NCBI GenBank assembly: GCA_040880145.1
Contig: JBBDIZ010000024.1
Span: 24,009 to 88,008 of the forward strand
Origin: Simkaniaceae bacterium
Lineage (GTDB): Bacteria > Chlamydiota > Chlamydiia > Chlamydiales > JAJFMI01
Direction of reading: 5' to 3'
DNA: 64,000 nt
Under the pieces are notes generated by a model, which saw only the letters and a program-made list of their open reading frames with translations, did not search any database and had not been told where the DNA came from. Every line of letters begins with the position of its first letter. The stretch's first letter is position 1. Of this stretch, positions 27,565 through 37,138 are shown in pieces. Both the position numbers and the translations under genes were made by a program.

Positions 27565-28428
27565 TTATGAATTAGTATTAATTAATTTTTCAACACTATT
27601 AACTTGAATAAACTTTTTCCAATACTTTTCTCGAATACGAAATCCTTTAAGGTTTGGAATAAAGCGAGGGGGCGTAATCACTTCTCCCGGGAAAAATCCG
27701 GGGCGCCAAAGGGCTATTTCTTTGTGAGAGCGTGAGATTGTGAGGGTTGGCAGCTTAAAAAGAGAGGCTAAGTGTCCTAAAGAGCTGTCATTGCCGACAA
27801 GCCCTCCTGATTCATAGACAAAGGCTGCAAGATCGCTATAAGTTGGAAAAAGAGGGCTTTCGGGAAACAGAAAGCGTTCATGGGGAGCAACGCACATACA
27901 GGGCTCAAATCCCTTTTTGATAAGGCGTTTTGCAAGAGTTTCATATTTTTTCTTAGGCCAATTTCTTTCAGCAGCTCCGCTTGCGGGATGGAAGATAAGG
28001 CGGTTTCTATATTTTTTATAAATGAGATTAGGAGGAGGGACCATGCCGGTTTCTTTATTTGTTGAAACGGTGGAAGCTAAGTTGTCACAGAGGGACTGTT
28101 TGGGGTCGAAGATAATATCTTGAGGCATTATGGGGTTGTGTTTTTGAGGCTCAAGGGTAGGAAAAATCGTGATCAAATGAGGCCATCTTTTTTCTCTTAA
28201 ATTATAGGATCGATTGGTATTGTCATTTTGGTGATAAATCACATCAGCTTGGAGCGCCTTTAAAGAAAAAGGCCGGATCTCTACACTTGGAAACCAGTGA
28301 CGCAGTGAGAGGATCTTATCGTGAAAAACAGTGACCTTAAATCCTTTTCGAACGCAAGCTTCTGCTGCGATCATCATCATTAAGGCGTCTCCAATGCCGC
28401 TAGCCGGTATAATGGCTGCTTTTTCCAT
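27565..28428 (-). CDS. Glycosyltransferase family 9 (heptosyltransferase-like)
   Basis: GIGDALM, FHP...RNWP, VGNDSSLGHLAS; start placed at MEKAA. Confidence 0.82.
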   Translation of the reverse strand: MEKAAIIPASGIGDALMMMIAAEACVRKGFKVTVFHDKILSLRHWFPSVEIRPFSLKALQADVIYHQNDNTNRSYNLREKRWPHLITIFPTLEPQKHNPIMPQDIIFDPKQSLCDNLASTVSTNKETGMVPPPNLIYKKYRNRLIFHPASGAAERNWPKKKYETLAKRLIKKGFEPCMCVAPHERFLFPESPLFPTYSDLAAFVYESGGLVGNDSSLGHLASLFKLPTLTISRSHKEIALWRPGFFPGEVITPPRFIPNLKGFRIREKYWKKFIQVNSVEKLINTNS

Positions 28429-29329
28429 AAACTTTCTTAAATCGGTTGTAAACATGGGTTACGGGTAAAAAAAGAGGCCAAAAGTGATCGCGGAAAGTGA
28501 GGCCTATGCCTTTAAAATTTGGGAGAGGAAAGGGAGTTGTGAGGAGATCATTTTTAAAAAAATCAGGGCGCCAAAGGCGAATTTTTCTTGCATTTCCAGA
28601 TAGGGTAAGGGTTTGAATTTTTAAATTAGAAGCTAGATGACCAAGGCCTGAGTCATTTCCGATAAAATATCCGGATTCATAGATGTAGTGTGCGGTTTCA
28701 TTTAAATTGTCAAAAAAAGGCACATCAATCCCTTCACTCTTAGCAAATTCCCAATAGGGGTATTCGCTTTTTGAAACTAAAAAGGCAGGCGAAAAGCCAT
28801 CGGAAATCAATTTTTTCGATAGAGAAATAAATTGCTTAGGAAGCCAATTTCTCTTCACGCTAGAGCTTGTCGGATGGAGGATAATTCGTTTTTTATATTT
28901 TCTGTAAGTGGCATTCAATGGCGGGGTTAAACCATTTTCTTTTGAAAAACTGCCTCCAAAAAATTTTTCAAGTCCAAGCGCAATGGATGAGGCCACGGTC
29001 ATTTTGGGATTAAATAGAAAATCCTGCTCTTTTTTGGCTCTACAAGGGCTAGGAAAAAAAACATGCATGGAAGGAAGGTTTTCTCGTATTCGAAAAAGAT
29101 CCCAGGCTCTTTTTGAGTTGTCATTTTCAATGAGGATAAAATCAAAACCTGCATAGCAGGAAGAAGGTTTTTTAATTCGTCTCAAAGGGAAAAGAAAAGA
29201 GAGCGCTTCGGCTTTTTCGTGAAAAAACGTGGGCTCAAATCCCCTTTGTTCTAAATTGTGATAGGCGATCATCATTAATAGAGCATCGCCTATCCCTGAA
29301 GCGCTAAGAAGCGCGACTGTCTTCTTCAT
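28400..29329 (-). CDS. Glycosyltransferase family 9 (paralog of the downstream gene)
   Basis: GIGDALL, LHPTSS...RNW, IGNDSGLGHLAS. Confidence 0.82.
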   Translation of the reverse strand: MKKTVALLSASGIGDALLMMIAYHNLEQRGFEPTFFHEKAEALSFLFPLRRIKKPSSCYAGFDFILIENDNSKRAWDLFRIRENLPSMHVFFPSPCRAKKEQDFLFNPKMTVASSIALGLEKFFGGSFSKENGLTPPLNATYRKYKKRIILHPTSSSVKRNWLPKQFISLSKKLISDGFSPAFLVSKSEYPYWEFAKSEGIDVPFFDNLNETAHYIYESGYFIGNDSGLGHLASNLKIQTLTLSGNARKIRLWRPDFFKNDLLTTPFPLPNFKGIGLTFRDHFWPLFLPVTHVYNRFKKVYGKSSHYTG

Positions 29330-30890
29330 CACCAATGGCTGCCTCTGTTAAGAGCACCATGCATGCCATGGATACAGCAGAGCGAAGCGTCTCTTTAATC
29401 ACAAAAGCAGGATCTAAAACGCCTGCTTTTAGAAGATCTTCAATTTGAGCTGATTGTGCGTTGTAGCCAACGGCATAATCACTTAAGAGGACCTTTTCAA
29501 GGATTAGGGAAGGATCTTCTCCACAATTTAAGACAATCTGACGAAAAGGCGCTTCAAGTCCTTTTTTTAGGATCTTCCTTCCGGCGAGTTCTTCTCCCTT
29601 AAGGACGATTTTTTCGAGAGTTTGACCGGCTCTTAAAAGACTCACACCGCCGCCCGGAAGAACGCCTCCTGCGATCGCAGCTTTTGCCGCACATAAAGCA
29701 TCTTCGAAATTTTGCTTGCGCCTTTTCATATCAGCTTCAGTTATGCCGCCTACATGAATGACTGCAACCCCCCCGGAGAGTTTCCCTTTTCGCTCTAAAA
29801 GCTTTTCTTTTTCATAGCCGGAAGCTTTGTTCGAGGCTTCTTTCTTCAATAGGGAAATGCGGTTTTTTATCTCTGCAGCGCTACCGGCTCCTCCAACGAT
29901 TAAAGTGTGATCCTTTGAGACCACTATTTTTTGAGCAGATCCGAGCTGCTTTGTTTGGACATTTTTGAGCCTATTTCCGCGGTCTTCAGAAATCAGTTCA
30001 GCACCGACAAGAATGGCAATATCTTCTAAAAGCGCTTTTCGACGATCGCCAAAACCCGGAGCTTTTATAGCGGTGACCTTTAGATGACCTCGAAGCGAGT
30101 TGATAACGAGGGTTGAAAGGGCATCGGCTTCGACATCTTCAGCAATGATCAGAAGCTCTCGACCGGATGTCGCGACACCTTCTAAAAGAGGGAGGATCTC
30201 TTGAATCGTCGTAATTTTTTTATCAGTGACTAAAATCAAGGGATTTTCAAATTCACAGATCATTTTATCAGGATCTGTAACAAAGTAGCGGCTGATATAG
30301 CCTCGATCAAATCGCATCCCTTCCGCCATTTCGATAAATGAGTCGCGTCCTTTTCCCTCTACGATTGTGATAACGCCTTCTTGGCCGGCTTTTTCCATTG
30401 CATCTTTGATCATACGGCCGACTTCCTTGTCATTAGAAGCAGAAATCGTCGCAATTTCCTCGATCTTATCGGAAATTCCGATCGCATTTTTTTCAATTTC
30501 TTCTAATAAGAATTCAAGGGTCTTTTCTAAACCTCTTTTGATGTTAATGGGGCTAAAGCCGGAAGCGATATGCTTGATGCCCTCTGTAACAAGAGAATTG
30601 AGAAGTAATAAACAGGTTGTCGTTCCATCGCCGCAGCGCTCTTTAATATCGAAAACGACTTCTTTAGCCATGCTCATACCCATATTGAGAAACTGATCTT
30701 TATCCTCAATTTCTTTGATTACGCTGTAGCCATCATTTGTAATAAGGGGAGCTTTAAATGACTCATCGAGGCCGACATTTCGGCCCTTTGGACCAAGAGT
30801 CGGTCCCACAACATCAGCTAGTTTGTTGATGCCAAGTTTTAGCTTTTCACGCGCCTCTTCTTCAAAAAGGATTTCCTTAGCTGTGCTCAT
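29304..30890 (-). CDS. groEL: Divergent chaperonin GroEL paralog (GroEL3-like by gene order)
   Basis: TLGPKGRNV, ITNDG, GDGTTT, KAPGFGDRRK; lacks GGM tail; no adjacent groES. Confidence 0.9.
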   Translation of the reverse strand: MSTAKEILFEEEAREKLKLGINKLADVVGPTLGPKGRNVGLDESFKAPLITNDGYSVIKEIEDKDQFLNMGMSMAKEVVFDIKERCGDGTTTCLLLLNSLVTEGIKHIASGFSPINIKRGLEKTLEFLLEEIEKNAIGISDKIEEIATISASNDKEVGRMIKDAMEKAGQEGVITIVEGKGRDSFIEMAEGMRFDRGYISRYFVTDPDKMICEFENPLILVTDKKITTIQEILPLLEGVATSGRELLIIAEDVEADALSTLVINSLRGHLKVTAIKAPGFGDRRKALLEDIAILVGAELISEDRGNRLKNVQTKQLGSAQKIVVSKDHTLIVGGAGSAAEIKNRISLLKKEASNKASGYEKEKLLERKGKLSGGVAVIHVGGITEADMKRRKQNFEDALCAAKAAIAGGVLPGGGVSLLRAGQTLEKIVLKGEELAGRKILKKGLEAPFRQIVLNCGEDPSLILEKVLLSDYAVGYNAQSAQIEDLLKAGVLDPAFVIKETLRSAVSMACMVLLTEAAIGDEEDSRAS

Positions 30891-30940
30891 GAGTCGACTC
30901 CTTAGATTCATCGTTTAGGAAGAGACGATAATTGAGTTGG

Positions 30941-30966
30941 AAATTTTGAGCAATCGTTTCGGTATA
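30941..30966. repeat. Half copy of the TATACCGAAA-family element
   Basis: AAATTTTGAGCAATCGTTTCGGTATA resembles the right arm of the 24140-24188 hairpin. Confidence 0.5.
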
Positions 30967-30967
30967 T

Positions 30968-31777
30968 TTAATTGAGGTTGTGGATTTCTCTGTAGAGGAT
31001 TTTTTTACTTTTGAACATCAATTTAGCAGCGAGTTCGATCGCTTCTTTTTGCGTGAGTTGGAAGGCGTTTTGAATCTTTTGAACGAGTTTTTTAGGATCC
31101 TCATCTACGGGGAAGGGGCCTTGGCCTTCAATGATGAACACAAACTCACCTTTTGGGGCTGTATTTTGAAAGTGATGAAGAAGTTCAAAGGAGGAGCCAT
31201 TAAGGCTCTCTTCAAATTTTTTCGTCAATTCGCGGGCAATCCAAACCCTGCAGTTGGGATCGATTTCGCTTAATTCTTTGAGGGTTTTGAGTATCTGGTG
31301 GGGAGTTTCATAGAAAAGGCTCAAGCCTTGAGAGAGGAGCGCTGTGATAAACGAATGTTTTCTTTCCGACTCTTTTTTGGAAAGAAAACCGAGGAAATGA
31401 AAGGGTTCTGAACCACCGATCAAGGTAAGAGCTGTGACAAGAGCGCAAGGGCCGGGCAGGGCAGAGACGGAAATGTTCTCTTCGCGGCAACGTTTGACAA
31501 GGCTCGCACCCGGATCTTGAATCAGGGGGGTGCCCCCATCAGAGATCAGCCCAAGAGTGGCCCCTCCTTTCAGATCGGCAATGACGCTTTCTTCACGCTG
31601 TTTTTCATTGAACTTATGGAAGCTGATAAGTTTGGAGTGTAAGTCATAATGGTTTAAAAGAATTTTTGATCGTCGCGTATCTTCGGCTAAGAGATAGTCG
31701 CATAATTGAACGGTTTTAACAGCTCGATAGGTCCAGTCATCTAAATTTCCAATAGGGGTTGGGATGAGATAAAGCAT
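30968..31777 (-). CDS. rsmI: 16S rRNA (cytidine1402-2'-O)-methyltransferase
   Basis: LYLIPTPIGNL, AEDTR, SDGGTPLIQDPG, ARELTKKFE. Confidence 0.95.
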   Translation of the reverse strand: MLYLIPTPIGNLDDWTYRAVKTVQLCDYLLAEDTRRSKILLNHYDLHSKLISFHKFNEKQREESVIADLKGGATLGLISDGGTPLIQDPGASLVKRCREENISVSALPGPCALVTALTLIGGSEPFHFLGFLSKKESERKHSFITALLSQGLSLFYETPHQILKTLKELSEIDPNCRVWIARELTKKFEESLNGSSFELLHHFQNTAPKGEFVFIIEGQGPFPVDEDPKKLVQKIQNAFQLTQKEAIELAAKLMFKSKKILYREIHNLN

Positions 31778-31788
31778 AAATTAAAGTT

Positions 31789-31860
31789 AGGTGGCACCCA
31801 GATTCGAACTGGGGAATGGGAGCTTTGCAGGCTCCTGCCTTACCACTTGGCCATGCCACC
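31789..31860 (-). tRNA. tRNA-Cys (GCA)
   Basis: GGTGGCATGGCCAAGTGGTAAGGCAGGAGCCTGCAAAGCTCCCATTCCCCAGTTCGAATCTGGGTGCCACCT. Confidence 0.96.
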
Positions 31861-31900
31861 ATTTTTGGCAGCTAAGCTTACATGTTCTAAGTCATTATGA

Positions 31901-32839
31901 TCAAGAATTATTTGGCAGAATGAGGAGGTCAAGGGTTAAGTCTTTAGAGAAATCTAAAATTCCCTGCACCTTGATTTTGTCGAATGCAAAATAATCTTTA
32001 TGACCGGTTCCAATAATACGATTATGAAAATAATCGATGAGGTAGCGGCCGCAACTTGTTTGATCCTTATCTTTCTGGAATTTTTTTGTGGTATCTTTAA
32101 TTTCTTTCGTAATTGAGAGTTTTTTAGCAAGGTCGTTGGCGTAACGTTTGACTTTTTTTCTTTCTTTATCATTGATGGATTTCCCGGCTGAGTCAAAGTA
32201 GGAGATATTGTTCTTTGTTCGATCGACATACAACCCTACAAAATGGTTTCCAATTTTCATGGGAATAAGGAGAGGGTCAAGGCTATTTAAGTCAAGAGCG
32301 AGCTTGTTTGCCTTATCCGCATTGGGGCATACAAATTGATAATCAAAGTTTTGTTCATAGGTCTTTTTCAGAGCCTCTAGATAATAAGAGAGATCTCGAC
32401 CGGTTAATTTTTCATCTTTATCGTGAAAGCGAAAAAGAGCGTGAATCGGGTTTTTTCCATTTTCATCCAGGTTTTTGCATACTTTCCCTTCAATATGACT
32501 TAAGTCATTAAAGTTGATTTCATCAATTGCCTTAATTGTATTGTCTTCAAAACGAACTTTTCCGTCCTCTTGATTAAAAACAAAGGAGTTCACGGTTTTA
32601 TCAAATCCATTCGAATCAAAAACATCTCTAACGGCTTCTTTTACCTCTTTCCAGTTTTCATGATTAAGTCGAAGTGTCCGGCACTCTTCGCTTATGACGC
32701 TTACACGATAAAACTTCGATCCTAGAAGTACAGTAGCAGAGCTTTTATAGCTCTCTTTTGGGGCGCTCTGTTCGCTGTAATTGGAAAAAGTATCCTCTTC
32801 TTCAAGTTCTATAATGTCAATGTTGTTATTATTAATCAT
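31901..32839 (-). CDS. Orphan protein with C-terminal Ulp1/C48 (CE clan) cysteine-protease-like domain
   Basis: LLIPMKIGNHFVGLYVD...ISYFDS...QKDKDQTSCGRY gives the His-Asp-Gln-Cys order; start placed at MINNNN. Confidence 0.72.
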   Translation of the reverse strand: MINNNNIDIIELEEEDTFSNYSEQSAPKESYKSSATVLLGSKFYRVSVISEECRTLRLNHENWKEVKEAVRDVFDSNGFDKTVNSFVFNQEDGKVRFEDNTIKAIDEINFNDLSHIEGKVCKNLDENGKNPIHALFRFHDKDEKLTGRDLSYYLEALKKTYEQNFDYQFVCPNADKANKLALDLNSLDPLLIPMKIGNHFVGLYVDRTKNNISYFDSAGKSINDKERKKVKRYANDLAKKLSITKEIKDTTKKFQKDKDQTSCGRYLIDYFHNRIIGTGHKDYFAFDKIKVQGILDFSKDLTLDLLILPNNS

Positions 32840-32974
32840 GAGAAAATCCTTCATTATTATAAATAATTTTAACACGATATTAATTATACGTCAATAGATT
32901 CTTTAATAACTTTAAGTCAATTATTTCGAATGGGTTGAGATTATTTCATCCCTTGGCTATTCTAAAGCTCACTT

Positions 32975-34213
32975 ATGAAGTCTTTAAAAGCGCTCCTTTT
33001 TTATCTCGATCAGGGTAGACCATTTTGTGCCGATTCAAGGAAAGCGCAAACTAGATCTATTTACTTTGCTCTAAAAGGCTTACGTCATGATGGGCATGAT
33101 TTTTTAAAAGAGGCTCGAAATAAGGGGGCTGAGGTTGCGGTTGTCTCAGATGATTACAAGGGAAAAGACTTTGGTTTAACGCTTTTTTTTGAACGTGATG
33201 TGCTTCAAACTCTCCAGAGTCTTGCCGGCATTTCTCGGGAGAGGAATTTAAAGCAGAAAGTGATTGGAATTACAGGCTCTGTTGGTAAAACATCGACAAA
33301 GGAGTTTTTAGCGGCCCTTCTGAAAAAGGAATTTGTTGTTGAATATACGAAGAATTCAGAGAATTCTCAAGTCTCTCTTCCGCTGACGATTTTAAATAGC
33401 AATCCCAAGGCTCAAATTTTGATTTTAGAAATGGGAATGAGTGTCGAGGGAGAGCTCAAGCATTTAACAAAGATCGCTCAGCCTGATATAGCGCTTATTA
33501 CCCGGATCGCCCTTTCACATGCGGACTCATTTTCAAATAAGGAAGCGATTGCAAGAGCAAAGGGAGAAATTTTACAATCTCCGCGCTTGAAAATGGTTGT
33601 GATGAGTGAAAATGTCTCTTCTTACCGCCCTTTCCGCGACTATCGAGGAGAAAAGTTGATTTACAAAAAGGAAGAGATGAAAGAGCCTTTGCCTCTTCAG
33701 TTTTCAGCTGATCATCTTGTCGAAAATCTTTACGGCGCGATAAAAGTTGCGCAGTATTTAGGCATGTCTATTAGTGAAATTCGAAATCAATCGATGGAGA
33801 TTGAGCCTTTTACACGCCGCTTTTCACAGCTTGAAAAAAGAGGCGTCCTTTTTATAGATGATACGTATAACGCCAACCTGGATTCTTCACTCGCGGCTTT
33901 GAAAAATCTCCCAAACCCAAAAGAAGAGAGTGGAAAAAAAATTGCCGTACTCGGATCGATGAAGGAGCTTGGCAATTTTTCTGAAGAGTGTCATAAAAAA
34001 GTTGGGGAATCTGCAAAGGAAAAAGTCGATCATCTCTTAACTTTTGGTGAAGAGGCTAAATGGATTGGCGAAGCTTTTGGCAGAGGATCTGAGCACTTTT
34101 CAAGTAAAACTGAATTATTGGAGAGATTAAAAGAGCTTGCAAAGAAGGGGGATGTCGTTTTGGTTAAAGGTTCCAATTCACTTGAGATGGACTCCCTTTT
34201 GAGGGATTATTAA
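32975..34213 (+). CDS. murF: UDP-MurNAc-tripeptide--D-Ala-D-Ala ligase
   Basis: DSR, GITGSVGKTSTKE, LEMGMS, IDDTYNAN, LVKGS. Confidence 0.93.
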   Translation: MKSLKALLFYLDQGRPFCADSRKAQTRSIYFALKGLRHDGHDFLKEARNKGAEVAVVSDDYKGKDFGLTLFFERDVLQTLQSLAGISRERNLKQKVIGITGSVGKTSTKEFLAALLKKEFVVEYTKNSENSQVSLPLTILNSNPKAQILILEMGMSVEGELKHLTKIAQPDIALITRIALSHADSFSNKEAIARAKGEILQSPRLKMVVMSENVSSYRPFRDYRGEKLIYKKEEMKEPLPLQFSADHLVENLYGAIKVAQYLGMSISEIRNQSMEIEPFTRRFSQLEKRGVLFIDDTYNANLDSSLAALKNLPNPKEESGKKIAVLGSMKELGNFSEECHKKVGESAKEKVDHLLTFGEEAKWIGEAFGRGSEHFSSKTELLERLKELAKKGDVVLVKGSNSLEMDSLLRDY

Positions 34214-35361
34214 TGCTTCTATTTTTGCTTGAATTTCTAAAAAATCAAGGAATTCATATCCCTAACGTCTTTTTTTATCTCTCAACGCGCATGATTTTAA
34301 GCGCATTAACCGCTCTTTTTTTCACGCTTTTTTTAGGCCCTCCTTTGATATCAAAACTTCGAAGTATGAAGTGGCGTCAACCAATTCGCAAGGAAGCTGT
34401 TGAGACACTTTACAAGCTTCATGAGAAAAAGGACAAAACACCCACGATGGGGGGCGTATTGATATTAGGGGGTATGCTTTTATCTTTAATTCTTTGGATG
34501 GATTTGACTTCGTCTTTTACGTTCCTTCTCATGGTGACCACGCTTGTATTGGGAGGGGTGGGGGGATTCGATGATTATTTAAAATTAAAACACAAAAATT
34601 CGAAAGGGCTTTCCGGTCGAAAAAAAATGGGGGTCCAACTTCTTCTCGCTTTATTTATCGGGCTCTATCTTTTTTGGCCAAAGTTTCAATCGCTTTTCCC
34701 CCTGCAGCCTCCTTACTCTTCAGAGGTGATTGGGTCTATCTACTTCTTTCCTTTTTTTAAAGAACCTTTTTTTGTGTTATCAGGTGCCGGCCTTCTTATC
34801 GGACCGCTTTTGACTCTTTTTATCATCACAGGGACCTCCAATGCAGTCAATCTCTCAGATGGGTTGGATAGTATGGCTGCCGGGCTTCTTGTTTTTGCCT
34901 CTTCTGTATTGGCTATCTTTGCCTTTATTTCCAGCAATAGTGAAATCGCTCGTTATTTAAATATGATTTACATAGCAGGGAGCGGAGATATTGGAGTCTA
35001 TCTAGCCGCATTATTTGGAGGGTGTTTAGGATTTTTGTGGTTTAACAGTCATCCTGCCGAAATTTTCATGGGAGACGTGGGTTCTTTACCTCTCGGAGGC
35101 ATTCTTGCCGTTTCTGCAATTCTCTTAAGGCGAGAGTTTTTATTAGCTTTAGTGGGCGGGGTTTTTGTCATCGAGGCATTCAGCGTGATATTACAAGTTC
35201 TTTCCTTCCGTCTTCGCCGAGGTAAAAGAATTTTTCTTTGCACTCCTTTGCATCACCACTTTGAGTATAAGGGGTGGCCTGAAACAAAAGTGGTGTTGCG
35301 TTTTTGGATCATAGGTCTTATCTTAGCTATGCTTGGTTTAGCTTCGGTAAAGTTTCAATGA
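34213..35361 (+). CDS. mraY: Phospho-N-acetylmuramoyl-pentapeptide transferase
   Basis: TPTMGG, NAVNLSDGLD, FMGDVGSL, PLHHHFE. Confidence 0.96.
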   Translation: MLLFLLEFLKNQGIHIPNVFFYLSTRMILSALTALFFTLFLGPPLISKLRSMKWRQPIRKEAVETLYKLHEKKDKTPTMGGVLILGGMLLSLILWMDLTSSFTFLLMVTTLVLGGVGGFDDYLKLKHKNSKGLSGRKKMGVQLLLALFIGLYLFWPKFQSLFPLQPPYSSEVIGSIYFFPFFKEPFFVLSGAGLLIGPLLTLFIITGTSNAVNLSDGLDSMAAGLLVFASSVLAIFAFISSNSEIARYLNMIYIAGSGDIGVYLAALFGGCLGFLWFNSHPAEIFMGDVGSLPLGGILAVSAILLRREFLLALVGGVFVIEAFSVILQVLSFRLRRGKRIFLCTPLHHHFEYKGWPETKVVLRFWIIGLILAMLGLASVKFQ

Positions 35362-36533
35362 AAAGAGTAATTTTTGGTTTGGGTTTAAGCGGTTTGGCAG
35401 CGCTTGAGCTATTAAAGCGGGAAAGTGGAGAGCTTTTTGCTGTCGACAGAAAGCCCATTTCAGTTGAAGGGGTCAGCGTCTATAAAGAAGAGGCTTTTCC
35501 AACAAATATCTCAATTGATGAGGTGATTGTGTCCCCGGGAGTCTCCTTTTCGAATCCATTGATTCAACGTTTTTTAAAAAGAGGGATTCCAGTGATAGGT
35601 GAGATGGAAATGGCTTTAGGAAGGGTCCATCAGCCTTGCATCGGCATTACAGGAACAAATGGAAAAACCACCACCACCTATCGAATCACCCATTTACTGA
35701 ATCAGGCGGGACAAAAAGCCTGTGCTCTTGGAAATTGTGGAATACCTTTATCTTCTTATCTTCTTAACCCGGATTTAACGGAAACACTTTGTTTAGAAAT
35801 GAGTTCATTCCAACTCGAAACCATCCAGTCGAAAAAATTAGAAAGAGCGCTGCTGCTTCCCATCACAGAGGATCATTTAGATCGTTACCGCTCATTTGAA
35901 GACTATGCGAAAACAAAGTGTCGGATAGTTAAAGCCCTTCAAGAGGGTGGAAAACTGCTCCTATTAGAGGAAACAAAAAAAAAGTTTGAAAAATATTTAA
36001 ATGAAGTTGAAAGTATCTCTATAAGGGGAGGTGTTGAAGATCTCGTCAACAAGCTCTTTGAATCTCTTCATATTGAAGTATCTGAGGAGATGAAAAAGAG
36101 CTTTCAAAGCCCCAAGCATAGGCTTGAGGAGGTCGGCACTTTTAAAGGGGTGCGTGTGATTAATGATAGTAAAGCGACAAACATAGACTCTGTCCTTTAC
36201 GCTGTACACTCTTTGCCAAAAAACCTCTCGATCATTTTAGGAGGTCGTGACAAAGGAGGCGATTTTACAAAACTTGTAGATCTCTTCCGCCGCCGCGTAA
36301 AAAAAGCCTACCTTTATGGTGAGGCCTCAGTTAAAATCAAAAAGGAATTAAATGGGATTCCCTTGGAAATGGGTTCGTTTGAAGAGATGGTCAATCTAGC
36401 GTTTAAAGAGACAAAAAGTGGAGAGATTCTTCTTCTTTCACCAGCTTGCGCAAGTTTTGACTCTTTTAGGAACTTTGAGGAAAGGGGAGACCTGTTTAAA
36501 AAAATCGTTAAACAATCAGTGATGCCATCATGA
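35358..36533 (+). CDS. murD: UDP-MurNAc-L-Ala--D-Glu ligase
   Basis: GITGTNGKTTT, EMSSFQL, DHLDRY, NDSKATN, LLSPACASFD; ATGA overlap with mraY. Confidence 0.95.
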   Translation: MKRVIFGLGLSGLAALELLKRESGELFAVDRKPISVEGVSVYKEEAFPTNISIDEVIVSPGVSFSNPLIQRFLKRGIPVIGEMEMALGRVHQPCIGITGTNGKTTTTYRITHLLNQAGQKACALGNCGIPLSSYLLNPDLTETLCLEMSSFQLETIQSKKLERALLLPITEDHLDRYRSFEDYAKTKCRIVKALQEGGKLLLLEETKKKFEKYLNEVESISIRGGVEDLVNKLFESLHIEVSEEMKKSFQSPKHRLEEVGTFKGVRVINDSKATNIDSVLYAVHSLPKNLSIILGGRDKGGDFTKLVDLFRRRVKKAYLYGEASVKIKKELNGIPLEMGSFEEMVNLAFKETKSGEILLLSPACASFDSFRNFEERGDLFKKIVKQSVMPS

Positions 36534-37138
36534 ACCGAAAAGATATCATTATTACAGCCGTTTTAATCAATGCGGGACTTTTAATTGTTCTCTTTATCAG
36601 CTCTTTGAAGCCAAGAGATTTCGATGAAAGTGTTCAGAAAAAAAAGATTGAAAAAGTAACGCACCAAGCGCAAATAAAAGCGCCCCCACCCCCAATTCTA
36701 GAGCAGAAAAGCGTAGATCAACAGATCGCCAAGGCCGCTAAAAAAATTGAAAAAAGCCCCTCAAAAATTGTTCAGCCTCTACGAGAAGAAAAAAAAGTTC
36801 CGACGCTGGTCTTAGTCGAGGTCATGCAGGGGGATAATTTAGAAAAAATCGCGAAAAGCTATGAGGTCAGCGTTGAGTCATTAATGAATGAGAATCAATT
36901 GAGCACAACAAGGCTTCAAATTGGACAAAAACTTAAAATTCCAGCTCAAAAAAATCGGCCGAAAGAAGAGATTCAAAAACTGGAAAAGCATGAGTACTAT
37001 ACAGTGAAAAATGGGGATAATCCTTGGACGATTGCCGTTAAAAATCAAATCAAGGTCGACGAGTTATTAAAGCTCAATGGCCTGGATGAAAATAAGGCGC
37101 GTCGATTAAAGCCGGGAGACAGACTCAAAATCAAATGA
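36530..37138 (+). CDS. nlpD: LysM peptidoglycan-binding protein (chlamydial NlpD)
   Basis: N-terminal TM MNRKDIIITAVLINAGLL plus two LysM domains; lies between murD and ftsW. Confidence 0.85.
   Translation: MNRKDIIITAVLINAGLLIVLFISSLKPRDFDESVQKKKIEKVTHQAQIKAPPPPILEQKSVDQQIAKAAKKIEKSPSKIVQPLREEKKVPTLVLVEVMQGDNLEKIAKSYEVSVESLMNENQLSTTRLQIGQKLKIPAQKNRPKEEIQKLEKHEYYTVKNGDNPWTIAVKNQIKVDELLKLNGLDENKARRLKPGDRLKIK

Noticed and set aside
30891..30967. CIRCE/HrcA operator upstream of groEL
   Set aside because: No TTAGCACTC-N9-GAGTGCTAA motif is present
31789..32975. tRNA-anchored genomic island or prophage
   Set aside because: No integrase and no duplicated tRNA 3' end; the orphan gene sits on the tRNA 5' side
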